Positions 48,336 to 58,615 of a DNA stretch of 64,000 bases are shown here, piece after piece. The DNA is from Flavobacteriaceae bacterium (GTDB lineage: Bacteria; Bacteroidota; Bacteroidia; Flavobacteriales; Flavobacteriaceae). The DNA is taken from NCBI GenBank assembly GCA_038125995.1, contig JAYPEX010000009.1, positions 21,178 through 85,177 on the forward strand. Direction: 5' to 3'. The translations under genes were made by a program, and so were the position numbers. Under the pieces are notes generated by a model that saw only the letters and a list, made by a program, of their open reading frames with translations, was not told where the DNA came from and did no database searches. Numbering within the stretch: position 1 is the stretch's first letter; each line of letters starts with the position of its first letter.

Positions 48336-49109
48336 ATGAAACACCTATTCTATTCAGTTCGATTTTTATATACTGCTTGGTTCTATACATTAGCAGCGAT
48401 TCCTTTGATATTGTTTTTTCCAGTACTGATGATTTCAGCTCTGTTTCCAGGGGGCTTCCCAATAGTGTATTGGTTTGCAAGAAGCATTTGGTCACCTGTG
48501 ATTCTATGGGGAATGGGCACATCATTAAAGGTCAAGAAGCAAACTTCACTACTTAAAGGCACCTCCTATATGATATGTCCGAATCACCAGAGCATGCTCG
48601 ATATTATGGTCGTTCTAAGACTATCAAAGAATCCCGTCCTGTTTGTTGGGAAAAAAGAACTGAAGTAAATTCCTTTATTTGGCCTCATCTACAAAAACGT
48701 AAGTATTTTAGTCGATCGATCACTTAAAGAATCAAGAGCTGAGGTTTACAGATCTATTAAAAATAAAATTCAACACAATTATTCGATTTGTATTTTTTCA
48801 GAAGGCTTGGTTCCAGAAACGGAAATTTTATTGGCAGATTTTAAACCTGGAGCTTTTAAAATGGCTATCGAACATCAATTAGATATGATTCCCATTTCTA
48901 TCTACAATACTAAGGATCGACTACCCTATAATTTTAATCACGGTCGTCCTGGCCCTATTGATGTTCAGGTTCATTCTGTTTTTTCGGTCAAAGACCTAAA
49001 GTATGATCAATATAAGGAGCTTCAAAAAAAGTATCGTATTTATTTGGAAGAAGACCTCAAAGCCTACAGGGAAGGAATTATTAAAAATTTAACAGAGCAG
49101 ATCCTATAA
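48336..49109 (+). pseudogene. plsC: 1-acyl-sn-glycerol-3-phosphate acyltransferase (PlsC family) interrupted by one in-frame TAA (48666-48668)
   Basis: The HX4D motif (NHQSMLD) lies before the stop. The same frame continues with conserved blocks: KKELK*IPLFG...LVDR...IFSEG...PGAFKMAI. The second ORF in the track (48807) is in the same frame. Confidence 0.8.
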
Positions 49110-49166
49110 AGAGGTCTTAGCCTTGGGAAAAAAATAGTACTTTAGCCTAAGTTAAAAAATGAAATT

Positions 49167-50177
49167 ATGAGCAAAGAAAAAGAGGCAAAACTAAAAGCAC
49201 TTCAGTTAACACTTGACAAGTTAGATAAGACCTACGGAAAAGGATCTGTAATGAAAATGGGAGACAGTGTAGTTCAAGAGGTAGAGGTCATCCCTTCAGG
49301 ATCTTTAGGACTCGATATAGCATTAGGAGTAGGGGGTTATCCAAAAGGAAGAATCATCGAAATATACGGACCTGAATCATCAGGGAAAACGACCTTGACC
49401 TTACACGCAATGGCAGAGGCTCAAAAGGCAGGAGGAATTGCGGCATTTATTGACGCCGAACACGCTTTTGACCGTTTTTACGCAAAAAACCTAGGAGTCG
49501 ATATCGACAATTTAATCATATCGCAACCTGATAATGGGGAACAGGCACTTGAAATCGCTGATAACCTCATTCGCTCTGGAGCGATTGACATCGTAGTCAT
49601 TGACTCGGTTGCAGCCTTGACTCCAAAGAGTGAGATTGAAGGTGAAATGGGAGATTCTAAAATGGGATTACACGCCCGTTTGATGTCTCAAGCACTAAGA
49701 AAACTTACGGGATCGATCTCCAAAACGAATTGTACGGTAATCTTTATCAACCAGCTTCGCGAAAAGATTGGTGTAATGTTCGGGAATCCTGAAACAACCA
49801 CTGGAGGGAACGCACTTAAATTTTATGCCTCTGTTCGTTTAGATATTAGAAGATCCTCTCAAATCAAAAATACCGATGGTGATGTTCAGGGGAATAAGAC
49901 TCGTGTAAAAGTGGTTAAAAACAAAGTAGCACCTCCATTCCAATCTGCTGAATTCGATATCATGTACGGTGAAGGAGTTTCAAAAGTTGGTGAAGTAATT
50001 GACCTTGGGGTTAATCATGAGATCATCAAAAAGAGCGGATCTTGGTTTAGCTATGGCGACACGAAGCTCGGTCAAGGACGCGATGCTGTAAGACAATTAT
50101 TGTTAGACAATCCTGAGCTTCAAGAAGAAATTGAAGCAAAAATTGTGGAAGCAATAAAAGCTTTGAAAGGGGCTTAA
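49167..50177 (+). CDS. recA: recombinase RecA
   Basis: 336 aa with Walker [20 protein letters not shown] and [32 protein letters not shown]. Confidence 0.98.
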   Translation: MSKEKEAKLKALQLTLDKLDKTYGKGSVMKMGDSVVQEVEVIPSGSLGLDIALGVGGYPKGRIIEIYGPESSGKTTLTLHAMAEAQKAGGIAAFIDAEHAFDRFYAKNLGVDIDNLIISQPDNGEQALEIADNLIRSGAIDIVVIDSVAALTPKSEIEGEMGDSKMGLHARLMSQALRKLTGSISKTNCTVIFINQLREKIGVMFGNPETTTGGNALKFYASVRLDIRRSSQIKNTDGDVQGNKTRVKVVKNKVAPPFQSAEFDIMYGEGVSKVGEVIDLGVNHEIIKKSGSWFSYGDTKLGQGRDAVRQLLLDNPELQEEIEAKIVEAIKALKGA

Positions 50178-50269
50178 CAGGCTGATTTTGAAGATGGCTT
50201 AATTCGAGCTATATTTACGAGAAAATAAATATGAACCTAAGTGTGCTTGGCACACTCAAGATAAAAGTC

Positions 50270-51541
50270 ATGGGTTGTAATAGTTGCACTACCGTATCAA
50301 ATGGTTCTCCTAATGGATGTAAAAACAATGGCACCTGCGGAGAAGATGGATGCAATAAACTTACTGTTTTCGACTGGCTGTCGAATATGTCTTTGCCAGC
50401 TGGCGAAGAGGCATTCGATTGTGTAGAAGTGCGATTTAAAAACAGTAGAAAAGAATTCTTTAGAAATACCGATAAGCTTCCATTGGCTATTGGAGATATG
50501 GTTGCAACTGAAGCTACATCTGGTCACGATGTTGGGATGGTCACCCTGACGGGTTCTCTTGTAAAGGTGCAGATGAGCAAAAAGAAAGTCGACTTTAAAG
50601 ATGAAACTCTTCCTAAAATTTACAGAAAGGCCAATAGCAGAGATCTGGAAGTTTGGAACAAGTGCCGTGAAAAAGAAGCTGAGATTCAAAAGAGATCACG
50701 AGAAATTGCCATCGCTTTAAATTTGCAGATGAAACTCTCCGATGTAGAATTTCAGGGAGATGGTTCAAAGGCAACCTTCTACTATACGGCTGAGGATCGA
50801 GTGGATTTTAGACAACTCATCAAAGACATGGCCAAGGCTTTTGGAATTCGAATTGAAATGCGTCAAATCGGATATCGTCAAGAAGCGCAACGATTGGGAG
50901 GAATTGGTTCTTGCGGCAGAGAACTCTGTTGTTCGACATGGCTAACAGATTTTAGATCTGTTGGTACAGCAGCAGCACGCTATCAACAACTTTCTTTAAA
51001 TCCACAAAAACTGGCTGGGCAATGTGGGAAATTAAAGTGTTGTTTGAACTATGAACTCGATGTTTATATGGATGCTTTAAAGGATTTTCCTAAAGCAGAC
51101 ACCAAACTGATTACTGAAAAAGGCATTGCTTACTGTCAAAAGGTAGACATCTTTAAAGGGAAACTGTGGTTTACCTATAAAAACGATCCAATTAATTGGC
51201 ACATGCTGACCAAAGATCAGGTCAATGAAATCCTTGAAATCAACAGTAAAGATCAAAAGATACAGAGTCTTGAAACCTATGCAGTTGAAAATATCAGCAA
51301 TGATCTACCAGTATATGAAGATGCCGTTGGACAGGATGCTCTGACTCGATTTGATCGCCCTAAACGCTCAAAAAATAAACCGAAAAAGTCCAATAAGAAT
51401 AGCAATAACAGCAAAAAGTCCAACAATAATAATCGCAACTCCAATAATAAGATTAGAAATAACAACAATAGGAACCGAGCAAAAAACAACAAAGGACCTA
51501 AGACAAATGGGAATAAAAAGACAGCAAACACTCCTTCTTAA
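50270..51541 (+). CDS. PSP1 domain protein (RicT/YaaT-like) with Cys-rich N-terminus and Asn/Lys-rich C-terminal tail
   Basis: Taken from the internal Met (MGCNSC...). The PSP1 core includes GDGSKATFYYTAEDRVDFRQLIKDMA...IEMRQIG and a CCSTWL / KLKCCLNYE cysteine cluster. The last ~60 aa are a low-complexity N/K/S/R stretch. Confidence 0.75.
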   Translation: MGCNSCTTVSNGSPNGCKNNGTCGEDGCNKLTVFDWLSNMSLPAGEEAFDCVEVRFKNSRKEFFRNTDKLPLAIGDMVATEATSGHDVGMVTLTGSLVKVQMSKKKVDFKDETLPKIYRKANSRDLEVWNKCREKEAEIQKRSREIAIALNLQMKLSDVEFQGDGSKATFYYTAEDRVDFRQLIKDMAKAFGIRIEMRQIGYRQEAQRLGGIGSCGRELCCSTWLTDFRSVGTAAARYQQLSLNPQKLAGQCGKLKCCLNYELDVYMDALKDFPKADTKLITEKGIAYCQKVDIFKGKLWFTYKNDPINWHMLTKDQVNEILEINSKDQKIQSLETYAVENISNDLPVYEDAVGQDALTRFDRPKRSKNKPKKSNKNSNNSKKSNNNNRNSNNKIRNNNNRNRAKNNKGPKTNGNKKTANTPS

Positions 51542-52016
51542 AAGCGTGCTTATAGGATTGTTCTTTTTAGTTGAATCCTGTAATTTAGGTGTTGCTCATA
51601 TGGAATTTGTGAGTTTTGATAACGGTGTTTGGGATAAGGATCAGGAAGTTGTTTTTGATTTCATACCTAAGGACAGTACAGAGGTATACGACTGGTATAT
51701 ACACTTGAGAAATACTCAAGACTATCCGTATTCAAATTTGTATTTAATTACTGAACTCAGTACTGGTGACGGCTTTTTGAAAAAAGATACCATCTCTTAT
51801 ACGATGGCCCACCCTGATGGTACTTGGGTTGGAAACGCCTCGGGCTCTTTGGTGGAACACAAGATTCCACTGCAGCTTCAAAAGAAATGTAGCTCCACTA
51901 AGCCACATAAATTAACAATTAGGCAGGCGATGAGAGCTTTGGGGTCGGTGCAGCCACTACAAAAATTAAATGGAATAAGTGATATTGGGTACAGTATTGA
52001 AACGAGTGAGAAATGA
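51507..52016 (+). CDS. gldH: gliding motility lipoprotein GldH-like
   Basis: About 169 aa from the internal Met (MGIKRQQTLLL...LVESC lipobox-like). WDKDQEVVFDF and YPYSNLYL resemble flavobacterial GldH. Overlaps the upstream gene by 35 nt and PBP1A by 4 nt. Confidence 0.6.
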   Translation: MGIKRQQTLLLKSVLIGLFFLVESCNLGVAHMEFVSFDNGVWDKDQEVVFDFIPKDSTEVYDWYIHLRNTQDYPYSNLYLITELSTGDGFLKKDTISYTMAHPDGTWVGNASGSLVEHKIPLQLQKKCSSTKPHKLTIRQAMRALGSVQPLQKLNGISDIGYSIETSEK

Positions 52017-54364
52017 GTAAGTCAACAGCAAATAAAAAAAAGTCTAAAGGAACATTTCGAATTTATGTTCGATTGTTTTGGACAGTCTTTATTTTAGGAG
52101 TTGGTGCCTTTGCTTCAATGTTTGTATTAGCTTCTAAAGGATTTTTTGGAGAAATGCCAGACTTTGATCGTTTGGAAAATCCCAACACCAATCTCGCTAC
52201 AGAAATCATCAGTTCAAACGGCAAAACCCTCGGTAAATTTTATTTAGAAGACAATAGAACTCCAATTCAATTTGAAGAACTACCCGAGAATATGGTCAAT
52301 GCACTATTGGCCACTGAAGATATTCGCTACTATTCACATTCGGGGATTGATGTCATTGGAACCATGAGAGCGGTGGCTTTTTTAGGAACCAGAGGAGGTG
52401 CGAGTACCATTAGTCAACAGCTTTCCAAGCTCCTTTTTACTAAACAAGTTTCTTCGAGTAAGTTTCAGCGAATCTTACAAAAATTCAAGGAATGGGTCAT
52501 TGCTATTCGATTGGAAGAACAGTACACCAAAGATGAAATATTGGCTATGTATCTCAATATTTACGACTTTGGGAACAATGCTGATGGGGTTCGCTCTGCA
52601 GCTAATATTTATTTCAACAAGGAGCCTCTAGAACTCGATACTCAAGAATCAGCTATGTTGATTGGGATGCTTAAGAATTCCTCGCTTTACAATCCCAGGT
52701 CTCATCGCAATCCCCAGGGAACTCTCAACAGAAGAAATGTGGTCCTCAATCAAATGGCCAAGTACGAATTTATTAGTGAGCGAGAAAGAGATTCTCTCAA
52801 AACACTCCCATTGGGATTGAGGTACACTCCACAATCTCATAGAGAGGGTCTTGCTACCTATTTTAGAATGTACTTAAGAGGATTTTTAAAAGATTGGATC
52901 GAGAACAATCCAAAGGAAGATGGATCGAAGTACAATTTATATCTTGATGGACTTAGAGTTTATACTACCATCGATTCAAGAATGCAAGAACATGCTGAGG
53001 TTTCTGTGCAAGAACACATTCAAAATCTTCAAGCCGCTTTTGATCGTCAAAATACTCCCGAGGAAAATCCAACAGCACCTTTTTTAGATGTGGAAGAAGA
53101 GGAAATCGAACGCATTATGGAACTGGCAATTCTTCGTTCAGAGCGTTGGAGAGCTATGAAAGTAAAAGGCATCAGTGAAGAACAAATAAAGGCTAGTTTT
53201 GAGGTTCCTCGTTCAATGACGGTCTTTGATTGGACAGCTGAAAACAAAGAGCGGGATACGGTGATGACTCCAATGGATTCCATTCGTTATTACAAATCTT
53301 TCTTTAGGTCTGCCATGCTCTCTATGAATCCTAAAACGGGGCATGTAAAGGCCTGGGTAGGAGGAATCAACTATCGTCATTTCCAATACGACAACGTCTA
53401 TCAGGGAGCTCGACAAGCAGGATCGATTTTTAAACCCTTTGTCTATGCAGCGGCAATAGATCAGCTTCGATTATCTCCTTGTGAATCCTTACCTGACACT
53501 CAGTATTGTATCGCTCCTAGGAAGCACGGAAATATCGAAAAATGGTGTCCTAAGAACTCAGGAGGGACCTATTCAGGGACGATGTTAACCCTCAAGAAAG
53601 CTTTAGCTGGATCAGTGAACTCCATCACAGCTCAGGTCATGGATAAGGTTGGACCTAAACCTGTCGTTCAACTCATCAAGAATTTGGGTATGAAATCGAA
53701 TATTTTACCTGTTCCTTCGATTGCCTTGGGGACTCCAGACATCAATGTATTAGAAGTAGTTGGAGCCTATGGCACCTTTGCTAATAAAGGAGTTTATGTA
53801 AAACCTGTAATGGTAACTCATATTACCGATAAGAATGGAACAATTTTATATCAATCGGTACCTCAGACAAAAGACGTGATGAGTGAGGATGTTGCCTATA
53901 CCGTTGTTAAATTACTAGAAGGGGTCACTGAGGGAGGTTCTGGTATTCGACTTCGTACCGTTGGAGCAGAACAGTGGAATCCCTATTACAGTGAAATTGT
54001 AACAGGCTATCCCTACGAGTTTAAAAACCCAATTGCCGGAAAAACAGGAACCACACAAAATCAATCCGATGGATGGTTTATGGGAATGGTTCCTAATCTA
54101 GTAACTGCAGTTTGGGTTGGTGGAGAAGATCGTTCCATGCATTTTAATTCTATACAATACGGACAAGGGGCCTCCATGGCGCTACCCATATGGGCCAATT
54201 ATATGAGAAGAAACTGGTCTTTAGAGGACTTGGGCATCTCTCAGGGAGAATTTGAAGCTCCAGAAGAACTCAACATTCTTGTAGACTGTGACCCAAAAGC
54301 AGAAGAAGGTGAAGAGTCTCCAATTGATCTTACAGAGGATGATATAGAAGATATCGGTTTTTAG
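52013..54364 (+). CDS. bifunctional class A penicillin-binding protein (PBP1A: glycosyltransferase plus transpeptidase)
   Basis: 783 aa with a TM anchor. GT51 motifs are ATEDIRYYSHSGID and GASTISQQL. Transpeptidase motifs are SIFKP (SxxK), SVN (SxN) and KTGT. Confidence 0.93.
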   Translation: MSKSTANKKKSKGTFRIYVRLFWTVFILGVGAFASMFVLASKGFFGEMPDFDRLENPNTNLATEIISSNGKTLGKFYLEDNRTPIQFEELPENMVNALLATEDIRYYSHSGIDVIGTMRAVAFLGTRGGASTISQQLSKLLFTKQVSSSKFQRILQKFKEWVIAIRLEEQYTKDEILAMYLNIYDFGNNADGVRSAANIYFNKEPLELDTQESAMLIGMLKNSSLYNPRSHRNPQGTLNRRNVVLNQMAKYEFISERERDSLKTLPLGLRYTPQSHREGLATYFRMYLRGFLKDWIENNPKEDGSKYNLYLDGLRVYTTIDSRMQEHAEVSVQEHIQNLQAAFDRQNTPEENPTAPFLDVEEEEIERIMELAILRSERWRAMKVKGISEEQIKASFEVPRSMTVFDWTAENKERDTVMTPMDSIRYYKSFFRSAMLSMNPKTGHVKAWVGGINYRHFQYDNVYQGARQAGSIFKPFVYAAAIDQLRLSPCESLPDTQYCIAPRKHGNIEKWCPKNSGGTYSGTMLTLKKALAGSVNSITAQVMDKVGPKPVVQLIKNLGMKSNILPVPSIALGTPDINVLEVVGAYGTFANKGVYVKPVMVTHITDKNGTILYQSVPQTKDVMSEDVAYTVVKLLEGVTEGGSGIRLRTVGAEQWNPYYSEIVTGYPYEFKNPIAGKTGTTQNQSDGWFMGMVPNLVTAVWVGGEDRSMHFNSIQYGQGASMALPIWANYMRRNWSLEDLGISQGEFEAPEELNILVDCDPKAEEGEESPIDLTEDDIEDIGF

Positions 54365-54386
54365 ACCAACATTCGCAAGAACGCAT

Positions 54387-54414
54387 AAAAAAACCAGCTC
54401 TAAAGCTGGTTTTT
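54387..54414. terminator. bidirectional intrinsic terminator
   Basis: Sequence aaaaaaa-CCAGCT-ctaa-AGCTGG-ttttt, between PBP1A (+) and sdhB (-). Confidence 0.8.
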
Positions 54415-54434
54415 ATCTTCTAAGTAATAGGGTG

Positions 54435-55181
54435 TTATCCTTTGATTTTAGCTCCTAAGAACTCTCTGTTCATACGCGCAATATTCTCTAGTGAAATTCC
54501 CTTTGGACATTCAACTTCACAAGCTCCAGTATTGGTACAGTTACCAAAACCTTCTATATCCATTTGTCTAACCATGTTTTGGACACGCGTAGTGGCTTCT
54601 ACACGTCCTTGAGGAAGTAAGGCGTATTGAGAAACTTTTGCGGACGTAAAAAGCATTGCAGAAGCGTTTTTACAAGCTGCTACACAGGCTCCACATCCAA
54701 TACATGTTGCAGCATCCATGGCCTTATCTGCATCTTGTTTAGGAATTAATATAGCATTGGCATCAGTGGTTTTACCAGAGGTATTCACTGAAATGTATCC
54801 TCCTGCATGTTGAATACGATCGAAAGCTGAACGGTCTACGACCAAGTCCTTGATGACTGGGAATGCTTTAGCTCTAAATGGCTCAATCACAATGGTATCG
54901 CCGTCCTCAAACATTCTCATATGCAATTGACAAGTTGTTACACGACGATCGGGACCATGAGGTTCACCGTTGATTTGTAAAGAACACATACCACAGATAC
55001 CTTCTCTACAATCGTGATCAAACTCAACAGGAACATCGCCCTTAGCCACTAAACTTTCGTTGAGGACATCGAGCATTTCCAGAAACGACATATCTTCATC
55101 GATGTTGTCGATCGGATAACTTACTAATTTTCCTTTTGCTTGTGCGCTCTCTTGGCGCCATATTTGTAATGTAAGCTTCAT
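54435..55181 (-). CDS. sdhB: succinate dehydrogenase/fumarate reductase iron-sulfur subunit
   Basis: 248 aa with three Cys clusters: [20 protein letters not shown] and [12 protein letters not shown]. Confidence 0.92.
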   Translation of the reverse strand: MKLTLQIWRQESAQAKGKLVSYPIDNIDEDMSFLEMLDVLNESLVAKGDVPVEFDHDCREGICGMCSLQINGEPHGPDRRVTTCQLHMRMFEDGDTIVIEPFRAKAFPVIKDLVVDRSAFDRIQHAGGYISVNTSGKTTDANAILIPKQDADKAMDAATCIGCGACVAACKNASAMLFTSAKVSQYALLPQGRVEATTRVQNMVRQMDIEGFGNCTNTGACEVECPKGISLENIARMNREFLGAKIKG

Positions 55182-55187
55182 GGTATC

Positions 55188-57191
55188 TTATTTATAGCTT
55201 CTAGTCTTAACTTCAATATTTTCGTACTTGAGTTCTTCTTTGTGCAATACGGCATCTTTAGGAGTTCCTTTGTATTCCCATGCAGCAACGTATTTAAAGT
55301 TCTCATCATCTCTGAGCGCTTCACCTTCCTCAGTTTGATATTCTTCTCTGAAGTGTCCTCCACACGATTCATTTCTGTGTAAGGCATCTTTTGCAAAGAG
55401 TTCACCGAGTTCCAAGAAATCTGCTACACGTCCTGCCTTTTCTAATTCAGCATTTTTAGAATTAGGATCTCCAGGAACGTTGACATTCTCCCAAAAATCA
55501 GCTCTAAGCGCAGCAATCTCTTCAATGGCTTCTTGGAGTTCTTTTTCATTTCTAGCCATTCCACATTTGTTCCACATAATCTTCCCTAATTTTTTGTGGT
55601 AGTAGTCTACTGAATGCTTACCTTTAGCTGATGTCAGCTTCGTAATACGATCTCTAACCTCTTTTTCAGCTTGTTCAAATTCAGGTAAATCCGTTGGAAT
55701 TGCTCCGGTACGAATATCGTTAGACAAGTAATCTCCAATGGTATAAGGAAGTACAAAATAGCCATCGGCAAGTCCTTGCATTAAAGCTGAAGCACCAAGT
55801 CGGTTGGCTCCGTGCTCTGAGAAGTTCGCTTCTCCTGCAGCATAGCAACCTGGAATGGTGGTTTGTAAGTTATAATCCACCCACAATCCTCCCATGGTAT
55901 AGTGAACAGCTGGGTAAATCATCATAGGGGTCTTATACGGGTTTTGATCTACGATTTTTTCATACATCTGGAAAAGGTTTCCATATTTAGCCTCGATCAC
56001 TTTTTCGCCGAGTTCACGAATTGTTGTAGCATTAGGATCTTTAATTCCAGAAGTATAAGCTTTTTCTTTTCCGTAGCGTTCAATGGCTGAAGAAAAATCC
56101 AAGAAAACCGCTTCTCCAGTTTTGTTAACACCATAACCCGCATCACAACGTTCTTTAGCGGCACGGGATGCAACGTCTCTAGGAACGAGGTTTCCAAAGG
56201 CTGGATAGCGACGCTCTAAATAGTAATCGCGATCTTCCTCAGCAATGTCAACAGGCTTTAATTTCCCTTCACGAACTGCTTGTGCATCTTCCAATTTAGC
56301 AGGTACCCAAATACGACCATCGTTTCTCAAAGACTCAGACATCAAGGTTAATTTTGATTGGTGATCTCCTGATACAGGGATGCAGGTTGGGTGAATTTGA
56401 GTATAACAAGGATTAGCGAAGAAAGCCCCTCTTTTATGAGCTCTCCAGGCTGCAGTAACATTAGATCCCATCGCATTGGTTGATAAGAAGAATACGTTCC
56501 CATAGCCTCCAGAGGCCAAAACAACGGCATGAGCCGAGTGACGCTCTAACTCTCCAGTAACCATATCGCGCGCAATAATTCCTCTTGCTTTACCGTCTAC
56601 AAGAACAAGGTCTTGCATTTCGTGACGGTTGAAGGCTTGAATTTTTCCTCTATTGATTTGACGGTTCATCGCCGAGTAAGCACCCAGCAATAATTGTTGA
56701 CCGGTTTGTCCTTTAGCGTAAAATGTTCTCGATACGAGTACTCCACCGAAAGATCGATTGTCTAATTGTCCTCCGTATTCTCTTGCAAAAGGAACTCCTT
56801 GAGCGACACATTGGTCGATGATATTTCCAGATACTTCAGCTAAACGGTATACGTTTGCTTCACGTGCTCGGTAATCACCACCTTTTACGGTATCGTAAAA
56901 AAGTCGGTAGTTACTATCACCATCTCCTTGATAGTTTTTAGCAGCGTTAATACCTCCCTGAGCAGCAATCGAGTGCGCTCTTCTTGGAGAGTCTTGATAG
57001 CAAAAAGTCTTTACATTATATCCTAATTCAGCTAGTGTAGCAGCTGCTGCACCACCTGCAAGTCCTGTCCCAACGACAATAATATCGATGTTTCTTTTAT
57101 TTGCAGGATTGACCAGATTGATATTGTTCTTGTGATTGGTCCACTTATCAGCTAAAGGACCTTCTGGGATTTTAGAATCTAGTACGCTCAT
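55188..57191 (-). CDS. sdhA: succinate dehydrogenase/fumarate reductase flavoprotein subunit
   Basis: 667 aa with FAD motif [13 protein letters not shown], covalent-FAD His region [13 protein letters not shown], and HYTMGG. Confidence 0.96.
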   Translation of the reverse strand: MSVLDSKIPEGPLADKWTNHKNNINLVNPANKRNIDIIVVGTGLAGGAAAATLAELGYNVKTFCYQDSPRRAHSIAAQGGINAAKNYQGDGDSNYRLFYDTVKGGDYRAREANVYRLAEVSGNIIDQCVAQGVPFAREYGGQLDNRSFGGVLVSRTFYAKGQTGQQLLLGAYSAMNRQINRGKIQAFNRHEMQDLVLVDGKARGIIARDMVTGELERHSAHAVVLASGGYGNVFFLSTNAMGSNVTAAWRAHKRGAFFANPCYTQIHPTCIPVSGDHQSKLTLMSESLRNDGRIWVPAKLEDAQAVREGKLKPVDIAEEDRDYYLERRYPAFGNLVPRDVASRAAKERCDAGYGVNKTGEAVFLDFSSAIERYGKEKAYTSGIKDPNATTIRELGEKVIEAKYGNLFQMYEKIVDQNPYKTPMMIYPAVHYTMGGLWVDYNLQTTIPGCYAAGEANFSEHGANRLGASALMQGLADGYFVLPYTIGDYLSNDIRTGAIPTDLPEFEQAEKEVRDRITKLTSAKGKHSVDYYHKKLGKIMWNKCGMARNEKELQEAIEEIAALRADFWENVNVPGDPNSKNAELEKAGRVADFLELGELFAKDALHRNESCGGHFREEYQTEEGEALRDDENFKYVAAWEYKGTPKDAVLHKEELKYENIEVKTRSYK

Positions 57192-57193
57192 AA

Positions 57194-57865
57194 TTAGTGC
57201 GATAATTGATTAAAGTGATGATAGAATGCAATGAAAATAAATCCAAGTGGAATTACAATTGCGTAAATTTTTGCAAAACCTGCTAAGGCTCTACTGTATT
57301 TGTTGTTCCATCCCATCGATTGGAAGGAAGATTTAAATCCGTGTAAGAGGTGAAGCATCAAGAGAATAAATGACACTCCATAGATTCCAGTTCTGGTAAT
57401 GGACTCAAATTTGTGAACCGTTTCAGGAAGGTAACGAGTAGGATCTTCTGGTGCTACCTCGATGTATTTGTGTACCATTTCATGGTACCAAAAGTCATAC
57501 ATATGAAGCGCCAAAAACGCTAAAATTACTGCTCCAGACACAATCATATTACGAGACATCCAAGAAGCGTTTGCACCACCGTTGTACTTAGAATAACTAA
57601 CGGGTCCACGTGCTTTTTTATTTTCGATTTCAAGGACAAATCCCATCAAAAAGTGAATGATCACCCCCGCCACTAATATTGGCTGTAATACGTACTGAAC
57701 CAATTTGTTGTAGCCCATAAAGTGTGAGGCTTCATTATATAAGTCTGGTGCGATTACTGATAAGAAATTGATTACAAAATGCAGTCCTAGAAAAGAGACT
57801 AAAAATAGCCCTGATAAGGCCATGATTATTTTTCTTCCGATAGAAGAAGGAACAGAATTGCTCAT
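57194..57865 (-). CDS. sdhC: succinate dehydrogenase/fumarate reductase cytochrome b subunit (Bacteroidetes/b558 type)
   Basis: 223 aa with five TM helices and conserved His residues. It lies directly upstream of sdhA and sdhB. Confidence 0.82.
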   Translation of the reverse strand: MSNSVPSSIGRKIIMALSGLFLVSFLGLHFVINFLSVIAPDLYNEASHFMGYNKLVQYVLQPILVAGVIIHFLMGFVLEIENKKARGPVSYSKYNGGANASWMSRNMIVSGAVILAFLALHMYDFWYHEMVHKYIEVAPEDPTRYLPETVHKFESITRTGIYGVSFILLMLHLLHGFKSSFQSMGWNNKYSRALAGFAKIYAIVIPLGFIFIAFYHHFNQLSH

Positions 57866-57884
57866 TTGTTTAAAATTTTACAGG

Positions 57885-57892
57885 CAAAATTA
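57885..57892 (-). promoter_or_regulatory. -7 promoter element (TAATTTTG) upstream of sdhCAB
   Basis: TAnnTTTG on the minus strand, 19 nt before the sdhC ATG. Confidence 0.45.
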
Positions 57893-57958
57893 AACTACAA
57901 ACACCACTTGCCAAAATTATAGACTTGTTATTTTCCTAATTTTTTTATAAAAATAGCT

Positions 57959-57966
57959 TACTTTTG
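57959..57966 (+). promoter_or_regulatory. -7 promoter element (TACTTTTG) upstream of the 2OG-Fe(II) oxygenase gene
   Basis: Exact TAnnTTTG 16 nt before the ATG at 57983. Confidence 0.45.
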
Positions 57967-57982
57967 ACGGCTTTTAAAAAAA

Positions 57983-58615
57983 ATGAAATCTCTGTACAGT
58001 AATGAGCATTGGGGTCAATGGTTGACTCAGCTCGCAGATGATAATTTTGTAGTTATCGATGAGTTCTTACCCGAGCAACTCTTAGAAGAAGTTTTGGGTT
58101 ATTTCAATCAAAAAAAGGAACTAAACTCCTTTAATCCTGCTAAAATTGGCCCAGCTGATGAAAATCAAAGAGATTCGAGTATTCGAACCGACAAGACCTT
58201 TTGGATCGACCGAAAGAGAGATGCGGAACTCAGTGATTTTTTTAGTTTGATAGAAGAACTAATGCAACAATTTGCTCAGCAGCTATACCTGAGTTTAAAC
58301 GGATATGAATTTCATTTAGCTTCTTATTCCAAAGGTGGTTTTTACAAGGCTCACTTGGATCAATTTGACTCTAGATCCAATCGCATGATCAGTTTGATTA
58401 TTTATTTGAATGAGGATTGGAATCAGGACCACGGAGGAGAATTATTAATTCATTCCTCGCCAACCAACACAAAAGTCGAACCGTTACTCAACAGAGCGGT
58501 TTTATTCAGATCCGATATTGTTTTACACGAAGTACTTCCTTCGAACAGCGAGCGAAAATCGCTTACGGGTTGGCTCTTGAAACAACCTTCTACAATTGGG
58601 GTACTCGGAATTTAA
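57983..58615 (+). CDS. 2OG-Fe(II) oxygenase family protein (prolyl 4-hydroxylase-like)
   Basis: 210 aa with HxD...H facial triad candidates (KAHLDQF ... LHEVLP) and an R..S/T near the C-terminus. Confidence 0.7.
   Translation: MKSLYSNEHWGQWLTQLADDNFVVIDEFLPEQLLEEVLGYFNQKKELNSFNPAKIGPADENQRDSSIRTDKTFWIDRKRDAELSDFFSLIEELMQQFAQQLYLSLNGYEFHLASYSKGGFYKAHLDQFDSRSNRMISLIIYLNEDWNQDHGGELLIHSSPTNTKVEPLLNRAVLFRSDIVLHEVLPSNSERKSLTGWLLKQPSTIGVLGI

Noticed and set aside
46945-48668. Genome-wide reassignment of TAA to a sense codon (or selenocysteine/pyrrolysine-type recoding) as the explanation for the in-frame stops in dprA and plsC
   Set aside because: Many well-conserved genes in the same window terminate at TAA exactly where their families normally end (for example rnr, mnmG, atpA, purD, recA). 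Treating TAA as sense would add unsupported extensions. Sec uses TGA and Pyl uses TAG, not TAA. No suppressor-like tRNA is visible here.
51277-51531. Leu/Phe-rich 84-aa ORF antisense to the Asn/Lys-rich tail; the underlying repeat was also considered as a microsatellite, VNTR or CRISPR-like array
   Set aside because: The ORF is simply the complement of the A-rich low-complexity coding repeat. The repeat units are short, imperfect and have no spacer structure, so this is not a CRISPR array or a defined tandem repeat.
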